Shown: positions 33,351 to 39,080 of the stretch, piece after piece | Layout of the letters: every line of letters begins with the position of its first letter | How positions within the stretch are numbered: the stretch's first letter is position 1 | Assembly (NCBI GenBank): GCA_001438335.1 | Contig: LIBV01000001.1 | Span: 1 to 39,080 of the forward strand | Reading direction: 5' to 3' | DNA length: 39,080 nucleotides | Source: Pelagibacteraceae bacterium BACL5 MAG-120820-bin39 | GTDB lineage: Bacteria > Pseudomonadota > Alphaproteobacteria > Pelagibacterales > Pelagibacteraceae | Notes under the pieces: model-generated | Told to the model about the DNA's origin: nothing | Database searches by the model: none | The model's input: only the letters and a program-made list of their open reading frames with translations | Program-made: the position numbers and the translations under genes

Positions 33351-35125
33351 TAATAAACTCTTTCCTGAGGTGGAAAATATTGAACATCATTAGTTAATGT
33401 AGATTTTGTTACTGGTCTATAATTAATCTTAGTATTTTTTCCATCGCACCATGCTAATGTATGTTGCATAAATTTCTCATCATTTCTTTTTGGAAAGTCT
33501 TCTCTGGCATGTGCTCCTCTACTTTCTTTTCTATTATAAGCAGAGTCAACTGTTACTAGGGCTTGTCTTATTAAATTATCAAACTCTAGTGTTTCAACTA
33601 AGTCAGTATTAAATATTAAAGATCTGTCTTGAACTGAAATGGAACCCATTCCATCGTAAGTTTTTCTTATTTCTTCCACACCTTCTTTTAATGTTTTTTC
33701 AGTTCTAAAAACTGCGCATTTGGATTGCATTGTTTTTTGCATTGATAATCTTAGTTCTGATGTTGCATTATCTCCATTAGCATTTCTCAATTTATCAAAT
33801 CTATCCAAACATTTTTCAGTTTCAGAATTTCCTATTTCTTCATGTGACATTCCTGGCTTAATGATTTCTGCGGCTCTCTTTGCTGCTGCTCTACCAAATA
33901 CAACTAAATCTATTAATGAGTTAGATCCTAATCTATTTGCTCCATGAACAGATACACAAGCTGCTTCTCCTATAGCCATTAATCCTGGAACAACTTTATC
34001 TGAACCGTTTACGGTTAATACTTCAGCCTTATAATTTGTTGGAATTCCACCCATATTATAATGAACCGTTGGCACTACAGGAATTGGTTCTTTAGTTATA
34101 TCAACATTTGCAAACAATCTTGCGGCATCAGTTATACCGGGTAGTCTGCTCTCAATTATATCTTTATCTAAATGACTTAAGTTTAAAAAAATATGATCTT
34201 TTTCTTTTCCAACACCTCTACCTTCATTAATTTCAATTGACATAGAGCGACTAACAATATCTCTTGAAGCTAAATCTTTTGCTTTAGGTGCGTATCGTTC
34301 CATAAATCTTTCACCTTTAGAATTGGTTAGATATCCACCTTCTCCTCTTGCTCCTTCTGTAATCAATGTGCCATGTCCATAAATACCTGTTGGATGAAAT
34401 TGAACAAATTCCATATCCTGTAATGGTAGGCCAGCTCTCAAAACCATTGCGTTTCCATCTCCTGTACATGTATGGGCAGAAGTAGCAGAATAGTATGCTT
34501 TACCATATCCACCTGTAGCAATGATTACTATGTGTGCTCTAAATCTATGAATAGTTCCATCGTTAAGGTTCCACGCTATTAATCCTTTGCACTCACCATC
34601 TTTCATCAATAAATCTAAAGCAAAGTACTCAATAAAAAATTCTGTATTATGTTTTAAAGCTTGACCATAAAGAGTATGAAGAATTGCATGACCAGTTCTA
34701 TCTGCTGCTGCACAAGTTCTTTGAACTATTCCATTTCCATAATTTTTAGTCATGCCTCCAAATGGTCTTTGATAAATTTTACCATCATCAGTTCGACTGA
34801 AAGGAACTCCGTATTTTTCTAACTCGACTACAGCTTTAGGAGCTTCTTTACAGAGATACTCAATACTATCTTGATCACCTAACCAATCAGCACCTTTAAC
34901 AGTGTCATACATGTGCCAACGCCAATCATCTTCGCCCATATTTCCCAATGCTGCAGAAATTCCACCTTGTGCAGCTGAAGTGTGACTTCTTGTAGGAAAT
35001 ACTTTTGAAATACATGCAGTTTTTAGACCAGCCTCACTTAGACCAACAGCAGCTCTTAAACCAGAACCACCAGCTCCAAGTACAACCACATCATATTCAT
35101 GATCAATTATTTTATAAGAACTCAT
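33350..35125 (-). CDS. sdhA: Succinate dehydrogenase flavoprotein
   Basis: [16 protein letters not shown] (covalent FAD His), QFHPT, HYNMGG, HGANRLG. Confidence 0.98.
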   Translation of the reverse strand: MSSYKIIDHEYDVVVLGAGGSGLRAAVGLSEAGLKTACISKVFPTRSHTSAAQGGISAALGNMGEDDWRWHMYDTVKGADWLGDQDSIEYLCKEAPKAVVELEKYGVPFSRTDDGKIYQRPFGGMTKNYGNGIVQRTCAAADRTGHAILHTLYGQALKHNTEFFIEYFALDLLMKDGECKGLIAWNLNDGTIHRFRAHIVIIATGGYGKAYYSATSAHTCTGDGNAMVLRAGLPLQDMEFVQFHPTGIYGHGTLITEGARGEGGYLTNSKGERFMERYAPKAKDLASRDIVSRSMSIEINEGRGVGKEKDHIFLNLSHLDKDIIESRLPGITDAARLFANVDITKEPIPVVPTVHYNMGGIPTNYKAEVLTVNGSDKVVPGLMAIGEAACVSVHGANRLGSNSLIDLVVFGRAAAKRAAEIIKPGMSHEEIGNSETEKCLDRFDKLRNANGDNATSELRLSMQKTMQSKCAVFRTEKTLKEGVEEIRKTYDGMGSISVQDRSLIFNTDLVETLEFDNLIRQALVTVDSAYNRKESRGAHAREDFPKRNDEKFMQHTLAWCDGKNTKINYRPVTKSTLTNDVQYFPPQERVY

Positions 35126-35451
35126 ATGCTTAATTTAAATAAAAATATTATTGTAATTATTGGGATTAATATAGCAGATATAAATGATAGGCTGTTTGCG
35201 ACATTTTTGAGTTTATGATCAGTGATATAATCCTCAAATACCTCACTTATACTTAAAGCTGAAAAAAAATAAGAAAACACTACAAAAAAACTAAATAAAA
35301 ATTTGAATAACTGATTAGAAAAAAAACCTACAACCTCTAAATAACTTCGATCATAAATAGATATAAGATTTACTATAAACCAAAGCATCAATGGTAATAA
35401 AATAACTGATGCTATTTTTAAAAAAATCCATTTTCTTGTAGCTATATTCAT
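35122..35451 (-). CDS. sdhD: Succinate dehydrogenase membrane anchor, small subunit
   Basis: Three hydrophobic helices, EVFEDY quinone-site motif, located between sdhC and sdhA. ATG at 35451 overlaps the sdhC stop (TAATG) and is preferred to 35475. Confidence 0.88.
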   Translation of the reverse strand: MNIATRKWIFLKIASVILLPLMLWFIVNLISIYDRSYLEVVGFFSNQLFKFLFSFFVVFSYFFSALSISEVFEDYITDHKLKNVANSLSFISAILIPIITIIFLFKLSI

Positions 35452-35834
35452 TAAATAATATTTCTCCCTAACCAATAAAATATAACAGTTAAAATCACCG
35501 ATCCTACGATTACAATACTGCCAGTTATTTTGGTTGTTTTTAATTCAAATCCAAATCCTAAGTCCATAATTAAATGTCTAATTTCACTTAATATTTGAAA
35601 ACTAAAAGACCAAGTAAAACCTAGGATCAAAAATTTTCCTAAAAAAGAATTTAAAAATTTTTCTATTATCAAATAATTATTTTCTCCTAAAAATAAAAAA
35701 GAAACCCAAATACAGATAAGGGTAACAGCTAAAATATTTATAATACCTGTAATTCTATGAGTTATTGAAACAAGTGACGACACATGCCATTTATAAATTT
35801 GAATATGGGGTGATAAAGGATTTTTATTTTCCAT
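35451..35834 (-). CDS. sdhC: Succinate dehydrogenase membrane anchor, large (cytochrome b556-type) subunit
   Basis: PLSPHIQIY, SITHRITG, IRHLIMD. Start at 35834 (MENK) preferred over 35843. Confidence 0.93.
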   Translation of the reverse strand: MENKNPLSPHIQIYKWHVSSLVSITHRITGIINILAVTLICIWVSFLFLGENNYLIIEKFLNSFLGKFLILGFTWSFSFQILSEIRHLIMDLGFGFELKTTKITGSIVIVGSVILTVIFYWLGRNII

Positions 35835-36831
35835 AAAAATCATTATTAATCAATGTTTCAGCAATCTCTACTGCATTTAAAGCAGCACCTCTTAGAAGAT
35901 TATCAGAAACTATCCATAAGTTTAATCCATTTTGAACGGTTTTATCTTCTCTAATTCTTGAAATAAAAGTTTCTTCTTTTCCTGTCGCTTCTAAAGGCGT
36001 TGAGTAACCACCATTTTGTCTTTCATCAATTACTTTACAACCTTCTGCTTTAGATAGAGAGTTTTTAATTTGATCAAGAGTAAATGATTTTTCAAATTCG
36101 ATATTTACCGATTCTGAATGGGATACTAAAACTGGAATTCTTACACAAGTCGCAGTTAATTCAATATTTGGATCAAGAATTTTTTTTGTTTCATTAGTCA
36201 TTTTAAGTTCTTCTTTAGTATATCCGGCCTCAGCAAAAACATCGATGTGAGGAATAATATTAAAAGCAATTTGTTTAGTGAAATTTTTTGAAGAAATTTT
36301 TTTATTTTCTAAAAATAATTTAGTTTGTTCAATAAGCTCGTCCATTGGGGCTTTGCCTCCACCCGAAACTGACTGGTAAGTTGATACAACTACTCTTTTA
36401 ATTTTTAATAAATCATGAAGTGGCTTTAAAACCAATACTAATTGAGCTGTAGAACAATTTGGATTAGCAATAATATTTTTTTTAATACCTTTTAAATGAT
36501 GAGAATTTACTTGAGGCACTATAAGTGGCACATCAGGATCCATTCGGTAATGACTTGAGTTATCAATAACTAAAGAGTGTTTTGCGGCTTTTTCTGCAAA
36601 TTTTTCAGAAATTTTTCCACCTGCTGCAAAAAAAGTTATTTTTACTTTAGAAAAATCAAAAGTCTCAAGATTAGATACAATATGTTCTTTTCCTGAAAAT
36701 AAGATTTTAGTTCCAGCACTTTTAGAGGAGGCAAGAAGGTACAGGTTATCAAATTTAAGTTCTTTTTTTTCAAGAACTTCTAAAATTTTTCTGCCAACAT
36801 TTCCAGTAGCTCCTACAATTGCAATATTCAT
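35824..36831 (-). CDS. asd: Aspartate-semialdehyde dehydrogenase
   Basis: GATGNVG, IDNSS, NPNCST (catalytic Cys), STYQSVSG, CVRIPV..HSE, DNLLRGAA. Confidence 0.97.
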   Translation of the reverse strand: MNIAIVGATGNVGRKILEVLEKKELKFDNLYLLASSKSAGTKILFSGKEHIVSNLETFDFSKVKITFFAAGGKISEKFAEKAAKHSLVIDNSSHYRMDPDVPLIVPQVNSHHLKGIKKNIIANPNCSTAQLVLVLKPLHDLLKIKRVVVSTYQSVSGGGKAPMDELIEQTKLFLENKKISSKNFTKQIAFNIIPHIDVFAEAGYTKEELKMTNETKKILDPNIELTATCVRIPVLVSHSESVNIEFEKSFTLDQIKNSLSKAEGCKVIDERQNGGYSTPLEATGKEETFISRIREDKTVQNGLNLWIVSDNLLRGAALNAVEIAETLINNDFYGK

Positions 36832-36844
36832 GATTATGTTGTGC

Positions 36845-36872
36845 TTTATACTAGATGAAAGGTAAATCGCAA
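36845..36872 (-). promoter_or_regulatory. Putative promoter for asd-sdh overlapping the 3' end of dmdA
   Basis: Minus strand TTGCGA (36872-36867), 16 nt, TATAAA (36850-36845). Confidence 0.45.
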
Positions 36873-37960
36873 ATGTTTCCAGTACAAATGTTCGAATTTA
36901 CTTCAATTTTTACTGGTAAAGAAACATCCCAAAAAGGTTTTTTCATCATAGCAATACCAATAACTTTATCAAAATAAGGTGAATAACAAGCAGAGCGTAA
37001 TTCCCCAATGATTTCGTCCTTATCATTTTTTATATCTAATGAGGATGTTAAACTCAAACTTTTAATATCAAGCTGAACACCCATTAATTTTTTTTTAATC
37101 CCATCTTTTTTAATTTGTTTTAATTTTTCTTTTCCTAAAAAAACTACATCAGAGTCTAAGTTTATAAATTTATCAAAACCACATTCATAAGGATTATCAT
37201 TATTATCCATATCATTACCGTATGATAATAGGGCACTTTCAATTCTCTCAATCAAATTTGGACAACCAGGTTTAACATTAAACTCTTTTCCAAGATCAAA
37301 CAAATGATCATACAACTCTAAACCTGATTTAGTATTTTCAACATAAATTTCATAACCTCCTTGTTTTGACCATCCGGATTGAGCAATTAAATGTTTTACT
37401 CCTTTAAAATCAAAATAATCAAAACCAAAAAATTTTAATTTTGTTATTTCAACTCCAAATATTTTTTCCATTAACTTAAATGATTTAGGTCCTTGAACTG
37501 CTATAATGTCAACATTAGGTTCTTTAATTAAAACATCAAATTTATTTCCAATGGCTAAGCCTTTTGCAAATAAAATTACATCTGAATCCGCAATTGATAT
37601 CCACCATTTATTTTGGTTAATTCTTAAAACTACCGGATCATTAATTAAACCTGCCTGATCATCTATTATTGGACAATAATAACATCTTCCATCTTTCGAT
37701 TTAGACAAATCTCTACAAGTCATAAGCTGAACTAGCTTTGCTGAGTCCTTTCCTGTAATTTCTACTTGTCTTTCACCAGCAACATCCCAGATTTGCACAT
37801 GTTCTTTTAAGTGATGATAAGAATCCTCTAGAGAACCAAAGGCAGCTGGAAGCAACATGTGATTATAAACTGTATAAGCGGTTACACCCTGTTTTTCTAT
37901 TCTTGAAGTATATGGTGTACTTCTCACTCTTCTTGATTTTGCAATTGAAAAAGTTGTCAT
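36851..37960 (-). CDS. dmdA: Dimethylsulfoniopropionate (DMSP) demethylase, GcvT family
   Basis: 369 aa; [50 protein letters not shown]-terminal DLPFI. Closely matches my recollection of P. ubique DmdA. Confidence 0.93.
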   Translation of the reverse strand: MTTFSIAKSRRVRSTPYTSRIEKQGVTAYTVYNHMLLPAAFGSLEDSYHHLKEHVQIWDVAGERQVEITGKDSAKLVQLMTCRDLSKSKDGRCYYCPIIDDQAGLINDPVVLRINQNKWWISIADSDVILFAKGLAIGNKFDVLIKEPNVDIIAVQGPKSFKLMEKIFGVEITKLKFFGFDYFDFKGVKHLIAQSGWSKQGGYEIYVENTKSGLELYDHLFDLGKEFNVKPGCPNLIERIESALLSYGNDMDNNDNPYECGFDKFINLDSDVVFLGKEKLKQIKKDGIKKKLMGVQLDIKSLSLTSSLDIKNDKDEIIGELRSACYSPYFDKVIGIAMMKKPFWDVSLPVKIEVNSNICTGNICDLPFI

Positions 37961-38733
37961 TTTTTTAAAAATTCTAGTATCTTTTCTCGCATTTCAAATG
38001 CTTTTTCAATCATTATCATGTGTCCACATTCTGCAATGATATGAGTAATAGAGTTTTTTACTTCATTTGAAAATTTTTTACCTTTTTCTAGATTAACCAT
38101 CTTGTCTAATTCACCAAAAATAAAAAGAGTTGGGCAGCTAATTTTAGCTGCAGATATTTTTCCATTTGAATAATTATTACATGCTTTTAAATCAACTGCT
38201 AAAATTTCACTAATATCTCTCGAAGAATTTATTATTCTTTGGACTGGGTTGCCTCCAATAAATTTATTTGAATCTTTATATCCCCATTTCATCATTAATT
38301 TTACAGAATCTGAATTTCCACTCTCAGCAAGATCAATTAGATCTTGATTTACAGGCATTTTGTAAGATCCACCCACAAAGATTAATTTATTTATTCTGTT
38401 TGGGTATCTAGAAGAATATTCAAGAATCTCTAAACATCCTTGGGAGTGGCCTACTAAATTTAATTTTTCTAAATTTAATTCTTTAAATACTGTCTCAAGC
38501 CAATCTGCAATACCCTCAATAGAGGTTAAACTTTTTCCCTCAGAGTTTCCATGGCCTGGCAAATCTAAAGAAAGGACATTAAAGTTTTGATTAGATAAAT
38601 ACTGCTCAGTAAGTGACCAAACTACATGAGATAGACCGCTACCATGTAACAGAACTACAGTTTCTTTTTTAAGATCAATGCCTTTACCAGCATCAGATGC
38701 ATAAACTTTTTGATTGTTAACTTTGAAAATCAA
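37957..38733 (-). CDS. Alpha/beta-fold serine hydrolase, function unknown
   Basis: LLHGSG oxyanion motif, DLPGHG, GHSQG nucleophile, GELD (Asp), CGH (His). Confidence 0.9.
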   Translation of the reverse strand: MIFKVNNQKVYASDAGKGIDLKKETVVLLHGSGLSHVVWSLTEQYLSNQNFNVLSLDLPGHGNSEGKSLTSIEGIADWLETVFKELNLEKLNLVGHSQGCLEILEYSSRYPNRINKLIFVGGSYKMPVNQDLIDLAESGNSDSVKLMMKWGYKDSNKFIGGNPVQRIINSSRDISEILAVDLKACNNYSNGKISAAKISCPTLFIFGELDKMVNLEKGKKFSNEVKNSITHIIAECGHMIMIEKAFEMREKILEFLKK

Positions 38734-39080
38734 GCCAATTCCTTAGCTTTCTTTCTTAATTCAAACTTTTGAATTTTTCCTGTTGAGGTCTTAGGCAATT
38801 CACAAAATTCAATTTTTTTTGGAACTTTAAAGCCAGCTAATGTCTCTCTACAAAATTCAATCAATTCTTTTTCTGTAACAGTTTTTCCTTGAACTGTTTC
38901 GATAAAAGCACAAGGAACTTCTCCCCATTTTTCATCTGGTTTAGCAACAACAGCTGAGATTGAAACTGAAGGGTGTTTAGCTAACGTATTTTCAATTTCT
39001 ATAGATGAAATATTTTCTCCGCCTGAGATGATAATATCTTTTGATCTATCCTGAATTTTTACATAACCATCAGGATACAT
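38730..39080 (-). CDS. dmdB: C-terminus of an AMP-forming acyl-CoA ligase, probably methylmercaptopropionate-CoA ligase (starts outside the window)
   Basis: DGYVKIQDRSKDIIISGGENISSIEIE, KWGEVP, LPKTSTGKIQK; two genes upstream of dmdA as in SAR11 dmd clusters. The Met at 39080 is internal. Confidence 0.75.
   Translation of the reverse strand: MYPDGYVKIQDRSKDIIISGGENISSIEIENTLAKHPSVSISAVVAKPDEKWGEVPCAFIETVQGKTVTEKELIEFCRETLAGFKVPKKIEFCELPKTSTGKIQKFELRKKAKELA

Noticed and set aside
36851-37960. Annotation as glycine cleavage T protein (gcvT)
   Set aside because: DmdA-type motifs, the neighbouring DmdB-like ligase and the absence of gcvH/gcvP favour dmdA.

Overview
A very AT-rich, gene-dense chromosomal segment from a SAR11 / Pelagibacterales alphaproteobacterium. 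The assignment rests on a DmdA closely resembling the P. ubique enzyme as I recall it, a SAM-II riboswitch before metX, class I LysRS, minimal or overlapping intergenic gaps and alphaproteobacterial gene order. It is core genome: I saw no mobile elements, CRISPR arrays, tRNA or rRNA genes. Layout: partial lysS(-); trkH-ampG-NlpC/P60(+); tyrC-hisC(-); SAM-II riboswitch-metX-metW-gloB-rplU-rpmA-obgE-proB-proA-nadD-rsfS-ctpA-rppH(+); and a 23.6 kb minus-strand run transcribed dmdB(partial)-alpha/beta hydrolase-dmdA-asd-sdhCDAB-mmsA-mdh-sucCD-sucAB-lpdA-priA-atpHAGDC. Most notable observations: (1) both canonical heme b axial histidines of the succinate dehydrogenase anchors appear replaced (SdhC His->Gln, SdhD His->Phe) while the quinone-site residues are kept, suggesting a naturally heme-free complex II; (2) an uncharacterised serine hydrolase overlaps both dmdB and dmdA; (3) a 57-bp in-frame tandem duplication in hisC has copies differing only at two synonymous sites; (4) the SAM-II aptamer is followed by a U8 tract rather than a Shine-Dalgarno sequence. 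All alignments to reference proteins were done by eye from memory, and no searches were run.
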